From assembly GCA_964422925.1 (NCBI GenBank), contig CAYRDC010000006.1, positions 8,854 through 72,853 on the forward strand: a stretch of DNA of 64,000 bases, given 5' to 3'. Position numbers and translations under genes: made by a program. Shown here piece after piece: positions 50,561-59,726 of the stretch. Position 1 is the stretch's first letter. Each line of letters begins with the position of its first letter. Below the pieces are notes generated by a model. That model was not told where the DNA came from. It worked only from the letters and a program-made list of their open reading frames with translations, and did not search any database. Source of the DNA: an uncultured Chitinophagales bacterium. GTDB taxonomy: Bacteria; Bacteroidota; Bacteroidia; Chitinophagales; S012-47.

Positions 50561-50590
50561 AAAGGCTTCCCGTTCATGGAAGCCTTTTTT
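50561..50590 (+). terminator. second, paralogous terminator-like hairpin
   Basis: GGCTTCC-CGTTCAT-GGAAGCC followed by TTTTTT. It is preceded by a copy of the tRNA 3' end (GGCCAGCTATTGAA). Confidence 0.45.
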
Positions 50591-50728
50591 ATTTTATTGA
50601 TCCCCGGAGCTGTCCCGGTGCATTCGTAATGCACCATTCCCCCACAACCCATGGGCATCTCCCTGAAAAAGAATAAAAAACCTTTCATGAAGGTCTGTGG
50701 ATCATTCGGCAATGCGCATTTTATTTTC

Positions 50729-50736
50729 TAATTTTG
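50729..50736 (+). promoter_or_regulatory. Bacteroidota -7 box match (TAATTTTG) upstream of prs
   Basis: Exact TAnnTTTG match ending 19 nt before the GTG start at 50756. Confidence 0.35.
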
Positions 50737-50755
50737 TGCCTCCAAATCGGCAAAG

Positions 50756-51703
50756 GTGATTATCAACGAGGAAGTTTCCATTTTATCGGGCACCAATTCG
50801 CAATACCTGGCGGAAAAAATAGCCGACTTGTATGGCCAGCCCCTTGGGAAAGTAACCATCCAACGGTTTAGTGACGGGGAATATCAACCCAACATTCAGG
50901 AATCCGTTCGGGGAAAGTACGTATTCCTGATCCAGTCGACCAACGCACCGTTTGACAACATGATGGAACTACTGTTGCTGATCGATGCAGCCAGGCGGGC
51001 TTCGGCCGGGTACATTGCCGCGGTAATCCCATATTTCGGGGGCGCGCGTCAGGACCGGAAAGACAAACCCCGGGTATCGATCGGTGCCAAACTGTTTGCC
51101 AACCTGCTGACAGCCGCGGGCGCCAACCGGGTGGTTACCATGGATCTGCATGCTGACCAGATACAGGGATTTTTCGATATACCGGTCGACCACCTGACCA
51201 GTACCGCTATCTTTGCCCCGGAACTGCAGAAAACCGATACGTCCAACCTGGTTTTTGCCGCTCCGGATGTGGGAAGCACCAAAAGGGCCCGTGCCTATGC
51301 CCAGTATTTCAATACGGGGATGGTAGTCTGCGACAAGTACCGGAAAAAAGCCAATGAGGTGGCTGAAATGACAGTTATCGGCAACGTGGAAGATAAAGAT
51401 GTGATCCTTGTGGATGACATTATTGATACGGCAAACACCCTGTGCATGGCCGCGGATAAGATTATGGAAAAAGGGGCCCGCTCCGTAAAGAGCATGGTCA
51501 CCCATCCTGTCTTGTCCGGTAATGCCATCGAAAAAATAGAAGCATCCAAAATGGATGAAATCTGGGTATGCGATACCATACCGGTTAAAAGAAAATCCGA
51601 TAAAATCCGGGTATTCTCGGTAGCCGAATTGTTCGCCACGGCCATTCGCAACACCCATGAGCAAAAGTCCATTAGTTCACTGTTTATTGAAGGATTGATC
51701 TAA
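50756..51703 (+). CDS. prs: ribose-phosphate pyrophosphokinase
   Basis: SILSGTNSQYLAEKIA, RFSDGE, YFGGARQDRK, TMDLHADQIQGFF and VILVDDIIDTANT are canonical PRPP synthetase motifs. Confidence 0.92.
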   Translation: MIINEEVSILSGTNSQYLAEKIADLYGQPLGKVTIQRFSDGEYQPNIQESVRGKYVFLIQSTNAPFDNMMELLLLIDAARRASAGYIAAVIPYFGGARQDRKDKPRVSIGAKLFANLLTAAGANRVVTMDLHADQIQGFFDIPVDHLTSTAIFAPELQKTDTSNLVFAAPDVGSTKRARAYAQYFNTGMVVCDKYRKKANEVAEMTVIGNVEDKDVILVDDIIDTANTLCMAADKIMEKGARSVKSMVTHPVLSGNAIEKIEASKMDEIWVCDTIPVKRKSDKIRVFSVAELFATAIRNTHEQKSISSLFIEGLI

Positions 51704-51719
51704 AAAAAAAGAAAGAGAA

Positions 51720-52388
51720 ATGCAAACCGTAACATTGGAAGCCCGGGAAAAAAGCACGAACGGAACCGGTTCAGCAAGGCAATTAAGAAGGGAAGGGCTG
51801 GTACCCTGCATATTGTACGGAAGGGATATCAATATACCTTTCAGCGCCCCGATCAGCGCGTTTAACGATCTGATTTATAAGCCAGGTCTGCACAAAGCAG
51901 TTATAAAACTGGGTGACAAGCAATACGAAGCTGTTGTAAAGGAAATTCAGTTTCACCCGGTGAATGACCGACTGATGCATGTAGATTTCGAGGTGCTTGA
52001 ACCAGGCAAAAAAATAACCACTGAGATCCCCGTGACGCTTACCGGAAGGCCGGCAGGGATAGCCATGGGGGGCAAGCTGTTTACCAAAATGCGGAAAGTG
52101 ACCGTTAAGGCGACCCCTGAACATTTGATTGATTTCCTGGAAGTGGACGTAAGCCACCTGCAAATCAATATGAGCGTACGGGTCAGTGATCTCAAGGCTT
52201 TGTATCCTGAAATGGATTTTTTGCAAAAAGGCTCTACCCCGGTAGCCACGGTCGGCACCACGCGTGCGGCCAAAGCGCTGGAAGCCGCCCTCGAAGGCAC
52301 GGGTGAAGAAGAAGCTGGTGAAGCTCCGGCTGAAGAAGGCGGTGAAAGCAGTAAAGGTGGCGAAGCTGCACCGGAAGGCCAGGAATAA
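51720..52388 (+). CDS. rplY: 50S ribosomal protein L25/general stress protein Ctc
   Basis: GSARQLRREGLVPCILYG N-terminus, two-domain length, and an acidic/Ala-Glu-Gly-rich tail typical of the Ctc form. Confidence 0.9.
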   Translation: MQTVTLEAREKSTNGTGSARQLRREGLVPCILYGRDINIPFSAPISAFNDLIYKPGLHKAVIKLGDKQYEAVVKEIQFHPVNDRLMHVDFEVLEPGKKITTEIPVTLTGRPAGIAMGGKLFTKMRKVTVKATPEHLIDFLEVDVSHLQINMSVRVSDLKALYPEMDFLQKGSTPVATVGTTRAAKALEAALEGTGEEEAGEAPAEEGGESSKGGEAAPEGQE

Positions 52389-52405
52389 CCTAAAACCACA
52401 GGCTG

Positions 52406-52981
52406 TTGAAATACCTGATCGTAGGATTAGGCAACATTGGTCAGGAATACGAACATACCCGGCACAACATAGGATTTGAAGTTCTTGATCACCTTGCCAG
52501 CGAGAACGGGCTCCAGTTTTCGGCCGGGCGGCTGGCATATACCGCGCATTTCAGCAGCAAAGGAAGGCAGTTTTACCTGGTCAAACCTACAACTTACATG
52601 AACCTCAGCGGAAAGGCTACGCGTTACTGGCTGAACAAATTGAAACTTACCCCCGACCGGCTCCTGGTCATTGTGGATGATGTTAACCTTCCGCTCGGCC
52701 ACCTGCGCCTGAAACCGCGCGGCAGCGATGGGGGCCATAACGGTTTGAAAGATATCCAGGCCCTGCTGGGCACTATGGAATATCCAAGGCTGCGATTTGG
52801 TATTGGGAATGATTTTCCAAAGGGACAACAGGTTGATTATGTGTTGGGCAAATGGACTCCGGAAGAATGGGAACAAATTCAACCGGGAATTAAAACAGCC
52901 GCAAAAATTGTTTTAAATTTCGGATGGGTGGGCATTGAGCGCACCATGAATCAGTTCAACACAAAAACAAAAACCTCATGA
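52406..52981 (+). CDS. pth: peptidyl-tRNA hydrolase
   Basis: TTG start. KYLIVGLGNIGQEYEHTRHNIGF ... GHNGLKDI is canonical Pth. Confidence 0.9.
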   Translation: MKYLIVGLGNIGQEYEHTRHNIGFEVLDHLASENGLQFSAGRLAYTAHFSSKGRQFYLVKPTTYMNLSGKATRYWLNKLKLTPDRLLVIVDDVNLPLGHLRLKPRGSDGGHNGLKDIQALLGTMEYPRLRFGIGNDFPKGQQVDYVLGKWTPEEWEQIQPGIKTAAKIVLNFGWVGIERTMNQFNTKTKTS

Positions 52982-53658
52982 AGATCATTGCCATCGGAAG
53001 GAACTACAAAGCACACGCTGAAGAAATGGGCAACCAGGTTCCGGACGAACCATTGATTTTCTTTAAACCGCAAACTGCCCTGTTAAAAAATAAAATGCCG
53101 TTTATTCTGCCTAGCCATTCCCGACAGGTAGAATATGAAGTGGAGATTGTATTGCGGGTTTGCCGCAACGGCCGGCACATCCAAAAGGAAGATGCCCCGA
53201 AATATTACAATGAAATTGGCATTGGCATTGACTTTACGGCCCGCGACATCCAGCAGAAATGCAAGGAAAACGGATGGCCCTGGGAAATCGCCAAATCCTT
53301 TGACGGTTCGGCTCCCGTGAGCCCCATGTACCCGCTGGATGAATTTGATGATATTTTTAATCTTCCCTTCAGCCTGAAAAAAAACGGGGAAATTGTGCAG
53401 GAAGGAAATACGGCCGATATGCTTTACGATTTCAACGCGCTGATCAGCCATATTTCCAACTATTTTACCCTGAATATTGGCGACCTTATCTTTACCGGAA
53501 CCCCGGAGGGAGTTGGCCCGGTGAAAAGCGGAGACGTTTTGGAAGCCTTTATCGGAACCCGCAGCATGATGACTTGCCTGGTAAGAAGCCCGGATGAGCA
53601 GCAAAAAAGAAAATACCGAAACCGAGAAGCCCGGACAGGCCAGCATTCGTCTTCCTAA
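52978..53658 (+). CDS. fumarylacetoacetate hydrolase (FAH) family protein
   Basis: KIIAIGRNYKAHAEEMG ... EVEIVL ... DFTARDIQ ... GDLIFTGTPEGVG matches the FAH fold. The last ~20 aa are an unusual basic tail that overlaps the next gene. Confidence 0.8.
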   Translation: MKIIAIGRNYKAHAEEMGNQVPDEPLIFFKPQTALLKNKMPFILPSHSRQVEYEVEIVLRVCRNGRHIQKEDAPKYYNEIGIGIDFTARDIQQKCKENGWPWEIAKSFDGSAPVSPMYPLDEFDDIFNLPFSLKKNGEIVQEGNTADMLYDFNALISHISNYFTLNIGDLIFTGTPEGVGPVKSGDVLEAFIGTRSMMTCLVRSPDEQQKRKYRNREARTGQHSSS

Positions 53659-55699
53659 AAAAGACATATTGCTGAAGGCTTACCGGTTGATGGCATTAGC
53701 CAACCGGATGGCCAGTCTGTACGATGAAAACCGGGAGATCACCCGCTACGTGCACAGTACCAGTCGCGGGCATGAAGCCATACAACTGGCCGCGGCTTTC
53801 CAACTGAAACCCTGGGATTACGCTTCCCTGTATTACCGCGATGAATCCCTGCTGATCGGTCTGGGGTTCAGTCCTTATGAATTGATGCTGCAGCTGCTGG
53901 GCAAAGCGGAGGATCCCTTCAGCGGTGGCCGCCTGTATTACAGCCACCCGAGCGTACGCAGAGAGGACATGCCCCTGATCCCCCATCAGTCAAGCGCCAC
54001 GGGCATGCAGGCCATTTCCGCCACGGGTATGGCACAAGGGATCGCCTACCTGGAGAAACAAGGCCTGTTGCAGGCCAAGGAACCCCCGGTGGTTTTATGT
54101 TCGCTGGGAGACGGTTCGGTGACCGAAGGAGAAGTGGCTGAAGCCTGGCAATTTGCCGTTTTGCACCGCCTGCCTATCATTTACCTGGTGCAGGACAACG
54201 GCTGGGGCATATCGGTAACAGCCGGGGAAGCCCGCGCCATGGATGCCTATGAATACGCGGCTGGTTTCAAGGGGATGAAGCGCATGCGCGTGGACGGCAG
54301 CCTGTTCCCCGAATCCTGGAATACCATGCAGGAAGCTTTTGACTATGTCCGCACCAAACGCAAACCGGTGCTTGTGCATGCCCGGGTTCCCTTGCTGGGT
54401 CACCATACCTCCGGAGTGCGCAAGGAATGGTACCGGAGCCCTGAAGACCTGGAGCGCCACCAAAAGGATGACCCCTTACCGAAACTGTACCAGCTGTTGC
54501 GGTCAACGGGTGTGCCCGAATCTGAACTCCAGGCTTTGCAAACCCAGGCAAAAAACCAGGCGGAAGAAGATTTTCAACGGGCAGTGAAAGCACCCGATCC
54601 ACCTCCGGAAAGCCTTTATGATCATGAATTTGCCCCGACCCCCGTCACACACGAGGCAGGTCAGCGTAACGGTGGAGGCGAACCAGTGGTCATGGTGGAT
54701 GCCGCCTTACATGCCATGGACGAAATCCTGGCGGAATACCCGGAAGCAATTTTTTTCGGCCAGGATGTAGGCAAACGGCTGGGCGGGGTTTTCCGCGAAG
54801 CGGCTACCCTGGGTGATAAATATGGTGATGAACGGGTGTTCAATACAGCCATCCAGGAAGCCTACATCATTGGCAGCACGGCCGGATTGTCAGCCGTGGG
54901 CGTTAAGCCAATCGTAGAGCTTCAGTTCGCGGATTACATCTGGCCGGGCATTAACCAGCTGGTTACGGAACTGGCCAAATCCTGCTACCTGACAGCCGGC
55001 AAATTTCCGGTGCAGGCGCTGATCAGAATCCCGACCGGTGCTTATGGCGGGGGCGGGCCGTACCATTCAGCCAGTGTGGAATCTTCCCTGCTGCCCATCC
55101 GGGGTTTGAAAATCGTTTACCCCTCCAACGCTGCTGACATGAAAGGTCTGATGAAAGCGGCCTTCCTCGATCCCAACCCGGTCATCATGCTGGAGCATAA
55201 AGGCCTGTACTGGTCCAGGGTGCCGGGAACCCGGGAAGCCCGCATGCCGGACCCCGGCAGGGATTATATCATCCCGCTGGGAAAAGCCAATACTGTCCAG
55301 CAGGCGGATAAGGAAAAAACCGGGAACGGGGAAACCCTGTGCGTGATAACTTACGGGATGGGTGTGCACTGGACCCGGAATGCTTCCAAAGACTTCCCCG
55401 GACAGGTGGAAATCGTTGACCTCCGCACATTGAACCCGCTCGATGAAGAATTGGTTTATGAAAGCGTCAGGCGGCACGGCAAATGCCTGGTACTGACCGA
55501 AGACACCTGGCTTAACAGTTTTGCTGAAAGCCTGGCCGGCCGCATCAGCCGGGAATGTTTTACGGGCCTGGATGCCCCGGTCGAGGTGCTGGGCTCGGAA
55601 AATGTCCCGGCCGTACCGTTGAATATACAATTGGAAAACACCATGCTCCCGGGCGTGAAAAAAACCCGGGAAGCCATTCAAAAATTGCTGGAGTACTAA
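53594..55699 (+). CDS. 2-oxoacid dehydrogenase E1 component, fused alpha/beta subunits
   Basis: The alpha part has a ThDP motif region (LGDGSVTEGEVAEAWQFA, YLVQDNGWGIS). The beta part has FGQDVG...GGVFR, NTAIQEAYIIG and EHKGLY. An alternative non-overlapping start is the ATG at 53690. Confidence 0.85.
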   Translation: MSSKKENTETEKPGQASIRLPKKDILLKAYRLMALANRMASLYDENREITRYVHSTSRGHEAIQLAAAFQLKPWDYASLYYRDESLLIGLGFSPYELMLQLLGKAEDPFSGGRLYYSHPSVRREDMPLIPHQSSATGMQAISATGMAQGIAYLEKQGLLQAKEPPVVLCSLGDGSVTEGEVAEAWQFAVLHRLPIIYLVQDNGWGISVTAGEARAMDAYEYAAGFKGMKRMRVDGSLFPESWNTMQEAFDYVRTKRKPVLVHARVPLLGHHTSGVRKEWYRSPEDLERHQKDDPLPKLYQLLRSTGVPESELQALQTQAKNQAEEDFQRAVKAPDPPPESLYDHEFAPTPVTHEAGQRNGGGEPVVMVDAALHAMDEILAEYPEAIFFGQDVGKRLGGVFREAATLGDKYGDERVFNTAIQEAYIIGSTAGLSAVGVKPIVELQFADYIWPGINQLVTELAKSCYLTAGKFPVQALIRIPTGAYGGGGPYHSASVESSLLPIRGLKIVYPSNAADMKGLMKAAFLDPNPVIMLEHKGLYWSRVPGTREARMPDPGRDYIIPLGKANTVQQADKEKTGNGETLCVITYGMGVHWTRNASKDFPGQVEIVDLRTLNPLDEELVYESVRRHGKCLVLTEDTWLNSFAESLAGRISRECFTGLDAPVEVLGSENVPAVPLNIQLENTMLPGVKKTREAIQKLLEY

Positions 55700-55769
55700 A
55701 CCGTATTCTTCCGGCAATGATTAATTTAGCGGCAAAAATTTTTAACCCTTTATTTGATAAGAACACTTC

Positions 55770-57032
55770 ATGCCTCGAACATTCACATCCGAATCGGTTT
55801 CTGAAGGGCACCCGGACAAGGTGGCCGACCAGATATCCGATGCCATACTCGATCATTTCCTGGTGCAGGACCCCAACGCGAAAGTGGCCTGCGAAACCTT
55901 GGTTACCAAGGATTTTGTGGTGATCAGCGGTGAAACCAAAAGCACTGCCAACGTGGATATTCCGGCCATAGCCCGGGAAGTGATCCGGAAAATCGGCTAT
56001 ACCAACGGTACGAAAGATTTTGATGCCGATACCTGCAGCATTATGAACCTGCTGCATGAACAATCCAGTGATATCCGGCAGGGAGTGGAAAAAGGCACAG
56101 GCTTGCATAAGGAGCAGGGGGCCGGAGACCAGGGCATGATGTTCGGCTACGCCTGTAATGAAACGGAAAATTACATGCCCCTGACGCTCGATATGGCTCA
56201 CCTCATCCTCCTGGAACTGGCCCGGGTAAGGAAAGAAACTGATCTGATGCCATATCTTGGCCCGGATGCCAAGTCGCAGGTTACGGTTCGCTACAACGGA
56301 CAGGGACAAGCCGAAGGTATTGAAAACATCGTCATCTCCACCCAGCATGAAGAAATTTACAAGGGGGATGACGACCGGACACGGGAAAAAATCCGGGAAG
56401 ACATCGAGCAGATCATTTTCCCGCGCATCCTTAATCAGCTGCCGGAACGCCTGCAGCCTGTATTTGAGAATTACGGGAACCTGCTGGTCAACCCTACCGG
56501 TCGCTTTGTGGAAGGCGGACCGGGCGCTGACACCGGGCTAACAGGCCGGAAAATCATTGTAGACACCTACGGGGGCAAGGGCGCCCATGGCGGGGGAGCG
56601 TTTTCCGGTAAAGACCCCTCCAAAGTGGACCGCTCCGCTGCGTACGCGGCCCGGCACATCGCCAAAAACCTGGTGGCTTCAGGTGTAGCAGACGAGGCAC
56701 TTGTGCAGGTTGCTTACGCTATCGGTTATCCCGAACCCGTGGGATTTTATGTCAACACCTACGGCTCCTGCCACACAGGCCATAGCGATGAAGAAATCGA
56801 AAACATCCTCAAAGGGCTTTTCGATATGCGGCCCGCTGCCATTATTGAACGGCTTAAGCTCAAAGAACCCATTTATTTCCGGACCGCTTCCTACGGTCAC
56901 ATGGGGCGCCAGCCCCGCATGGCCGAAATGACCTTCCACGTAAACGGCCAGACCGTGCAGAAACAGGTTGAACTGTTTACCTGGGAAAAACTGGATATGG
57001 TGGATGAAATCCGGAAGGCTTTCGGACTGTAG
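55770..57032 (+). CDS. metK: S-adenosylmethionine synthetase
   Basis: FTSESVSEGHPDKVADQISDAILD, GAGDQGMMFGYA, DAKSQVT and GGGAFSGKDPSKVDRSAAY are canonical MetK motifs. Confidence 0.96.
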   Translation: MPRTFTSESVSEGHPDKVADQISDAILDHFLVQDPNAKVACETLVTKDFVVISGETKSTANVDIPAIAREVIRKIGYTNGTKDFDADTCSIMNLLHEQSSDIRQGVEKGTGLHKEQGAGDQGMMFGYACNETENYMPLTLDMAHLILLELARVRKETDLMPYLGPDAKSQVTVRYNGQGQAEGIENIVISTQHEEIYKGDDDRTREKIREDIEQIIFPRILNQLPERLQPVFENYGNLLVNPTGRFVEGGPGADTGLTGRKIIVDTYGGKGAHGGGAFSGKDPSKVDRSAAYAARHIAKNLVASGVADEALVQVAYAIGYPEPVGFYVNTYGSCHTGHSDEEIENILKGLFDMRPAAIIERLKLKEPIYFRTASYGHMGRQPRMAEMTFHVNGQTVQKQVELFTWEKLDMVDEIRKAFGL

Positions 57033-57043
57033 AACGCCCCGGT

Positions 57044-59713
57044 TCAGCGCAGCAGGGTTACATTGCCTTTCTTCTGAACTTCCTCGTTATTTAGTGGAAA
57101 CCGTATGGTCAGCGTAAAAGCGTAAGTGCCCACGGGCTGGGGTTTTCCGTTTAGGGTACCGTCCCAGGGACCGGTTCCGTCATACAACAACTCTCCCCAG
57201 CGGTTGAATATCTGCAGCCGTAATATTTCGTACGGGCCGGAGGGAACAAAAAACACATCATTTCTCCCGTCCCCATTGGGACTGAACGCGTTGGGCACCG
57301 GCAAATCCAGGTCAGGCAGCACGATGATGGTTACCGTATCGGTATCCGCGCAACCGGCATTTTTCGTGGACACCACAACCACCGTGTAGGTAGTGGTGGT
57401 ATCGGGCGTGGCCACGGGTGAGGGAGAATTCGGATTGTCCAACCCTGTTGGCGGTGACCAGGTGTAGGTATAGCTGCCCGGGGGCGAAACGTTGACATTC
57501 AGGTTCACCGAAGATCCGATGATAATGACCTGCTGCGTTCCGGCATCTATGACCACTGCGGGGTCTTCCGCCACGGTGACGGTCAGGGTATTCACGCAGC
57601 CCAGGTTATCGGTCACGGTTACCGTATAGGTTCCCGGACCGAGGTTCTGTGGATCTTCCACGGTGGCCCCGTTGGACCAATTGAAAGTATACGGAGGCTG
57701 TCCTGTATCCACGTTCAGGTCGATCCAGCCGTCCCCCGCCCCGGGGCAGGTGGCATTGTGAGGCGTGGCAGAAAGCGCCAGGACATTGTCCACCCCGACA
57801 AACACTGAATCCCTGCTGATGCAGCCGTTCGCATCCGTGACAATCACCTTGTACCAGCCGGACGACAGGTTGGTGGCAGTGGGGGTAAACTGCAGGGGGT
57901 TGGTATCCCACTCATAAGTATATGGGGGCAGCCCCCCGCTCACAGATACGGTGGCCGACCCATCGGAGCCTCCCGTACAGAAAGCATTCACCGCTGACAG
58001 GAACAACACCGGGAGCGGGTTTACGGTAATTGTCCCGGTTGACTGGGAAGATTCCCCGCAGGTGTCGGTTACGGTGCAAGTGTAGGTAGTGGTGGATGAC
58101 GGAGAAACGGTAATGGATTTCGTGGTCTGCCCTCCGGGCGCCCAGGAATAGGTATAGGGCGGTACGCCCCAGTAGCCGAAAGCCGTCAGCGTGGCACTGT
58201 CGCCCAGGCACACAGAGGTGGAACCCGTTACATTGCTTTCGATGGTGCGTGCCTCAATGGTAATCCGCCAGGTACCGATGCGCATCACATGGCAGGCCGT
58301 GTCGCAACCCGTCAGGTTGCAGGAGCAATGCGCGTTGCGCATCTCAAAACTGATGACATGGTCCGGGCAACTGGGCGGCAGGCAGTTGATGGTATTGAAC
58401 ATGGGAATGGTATCGCCATAGCAGGTGCCCGGCAGGTCGCTTTGCGGTGGCGTGGTGCACGACCAGTAACCCGTGGCGCTCGGACTGGTTCCGCAGGGGC
58501 CTACGATCCGGAACCAGGCTTCTTTCTTTATACAATTGGCATTAAACCCGCAGCCGTTGATCTTACTGACAAACCGGGCATCAAAATAAGCATTGGTCAG
58601 GGTCGATTTGCCCGGCACAGTAACCACCAGCGTGTACGGGCAATAATTGGTGAGATTATAGCATGTGGTATTGAATCTGAATCCCATGTTGCCGGATGAA
58701 AAAGTGTCCGTGCCGATCACCAGCGGATCTACCGTAACCGGGTACGCCCGGTCCGGTTCATTCATCCAGGCCGTATTCACTTTCAGCCGGAACCGGTAAT
58801 GCCGTGCATCTGCCCGGATAAGTTCGTATCCGATATGGTTCGGCCCGTGGTCGAAGAGGCTGTCGCGCAGGTCAGGCGCCTTAATGGTAAGCCAGGTCTT
58901 CCGGTGGCTGTCCCGGAGCAGCAGGTCCCCGTTCCAGGTGTCGTCCATCGTGTAAAACCCGTTGCTGCTATCCTTTTCCAGGGTGTAACCGGCCGGTACT
59001 TCAAGGGTTTCTTCCCAGACAAGCCACCCCTGCCCGGCAGGAAGTTTCAGCGGTTTGCTAATAATGTAATCGGTTTCCACCTCGCCCTGTTGCACCAGTT
59101 CCCTCCGGTAAATCCCGTCCCAGGCCGATACATTCACCAGCCCGTCCGTCCCCGCGTGGTAACTGGAAAGGTCGGCAGGACCGAAATCCTTCCGGCCGGT
59201 TTCCCATTCAAAATACAGTTGTGTATCCTGGTTAAACCGGAATTCATGCCCATCCTGCAACACCATAGCAGTGTATCCCCGGTTCAAATCGATTTTTACG
59301 GGAACCGGTTGATTGGGCGCGGCAAAAACACCCGACTGCCCGGGCACGGGCCGAAGGTGGGGATCAATGGTTATCCACTGCCCCGCATGGTTCAGGTAAT
59401 GCATGGGACCGTAGGACTTCTGCACATAAAAAACCTTTCCCCCCGTGCCGTTTTTAATAAAATACCGGCTGTCCGCGGTTCTTTTCTGGATCAGCTCGCT
59501 GCAATCGCTGCATTGGGCATTCCAGGGCTTTTTCCCGTATTCCGGGTGACTCTGAAAATCCCTGGGCGTCAGTTCATTTAATTCAGGCGTGATGCGGGCG
59601 GGTTCTTCCGGTTCAAAGTACCAGAAATTATAGTCGTAATCCGACAGGCTTTGCTGCGCAAAACCTGTCGCGGCCGGCAACAGGAAACATATGGAAAGGG
59701 CCAAAAATCTCAT
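57044..59713 (-). CDS. T9SS type B (gliding-motility-associated) C-terminal-domain cargo protein with SprB-type repeats
   Basis: Signal peptide. SprB-like repeats: FCTGGSDGSATVSVSGGLPPYTYEWD and TCPGAGDGWIDLNVDTGQPPYTFNWS. The C-terminus is PNAFSPNGDGRNDVFFV...LQIFNRWGELLY...WDGTLNGKPQPVGTYAF...KGNVTLLR. Confidence 0.85.
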   Translation of the reverse strand: MRFLALSICFLLPAATGFAQQSLSDYDYNFWYFEPEEPARITPELNELTPRDFQSHPEYGKKPWNAQCSDCSELIQKRTADSRYFIKNGTGGKVFYVQKSYGPMHYLNHAGQWITIDPHLRPVPGQSGVFAAPNQPVPVKIDLNRGYTAMVLQDGHEFRFNQDTQLYFEWETGRKDFGPADLSSYHAGTDGLVNVSAWDGIYRRELVQQGEVETDYIISKPLKLPAGQGWLVWEETLEVPAGYTLEKDSSNGFYTMDDTWNGDLLLRDSHRKTWLTIKAPDLRDSLFDHGPNHIGYELIRADARHYRFRLKVNTAWMNEPDRAYPVTVDPLVIGTDTFSSGNMGFRFNTTCYNLTNYCPYTLVVTVPGKSTLTNAYFDARFVSKINGCGFNANCIKKEAWFRIVGPCGTSPSATGYWSCTTPPQSDLPGTCYGDTIPMFNTINCLPPSCPDHVISFEMRNAHCSCNLTGCDTACHVMRIGTWRITIEARTIESNVTGSTSVCLGDSATLTAFGYWGVPPYTYSWAPGGQTTKSITVSPSSTTTYTCTVTDTCGESSQSTGTITVNPLPVLFLSAVNAFCTGGSDGSATVSVSGGLPPYTYEWDTNPLQFTPTATNLSSGWYKVIVTDANGCISRDSVFVGVDNVLALSATPHNATCPGAGDGWIDLNVDTGQPPYTFNWSNGATVEDPQNLGPGTYTVTVTDNLGCVNTLTVTVAEDPAVVIDAGTQQVIIIGSSVNLNVNVSPPGSYTYTWSPPTGLDNPNSPSPVATPDTTTTYTVVVVSTKNAGCADTDTVTIIVLPDLDLPVPNAFSPNGDGRNDVFFVPSGPYEILRLQIFNRWGELLYDGTGPWDGTLNGKPQPVGTYAFTLTIRFPLNNEEVQKKGNVTLLR

Positions 59714-59726
59714 CAGGGTGTCGTGC

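Noticed and set aside
50232-50755. Integrated mobile element at tRNA-Gln, and small ORFs 50218-50430, 50346-50546 and 50479-50712.
   Set aside because: There is no integrase or cargo between the direct repeats, which are 76 bp apart. The small ORFs overlap the tRNA and terminators and lack coding character. The repeat itself is kept as a low-interest finding.
55700-55769. Possible SAM riboswitch upstream of metK.
   Set aside because: Only 70 nt separate the E1 stop from the metK start. That is too short for a SAM-I/SAM-II aptamer plus expression platform, and I see no conserved aptamer helices.
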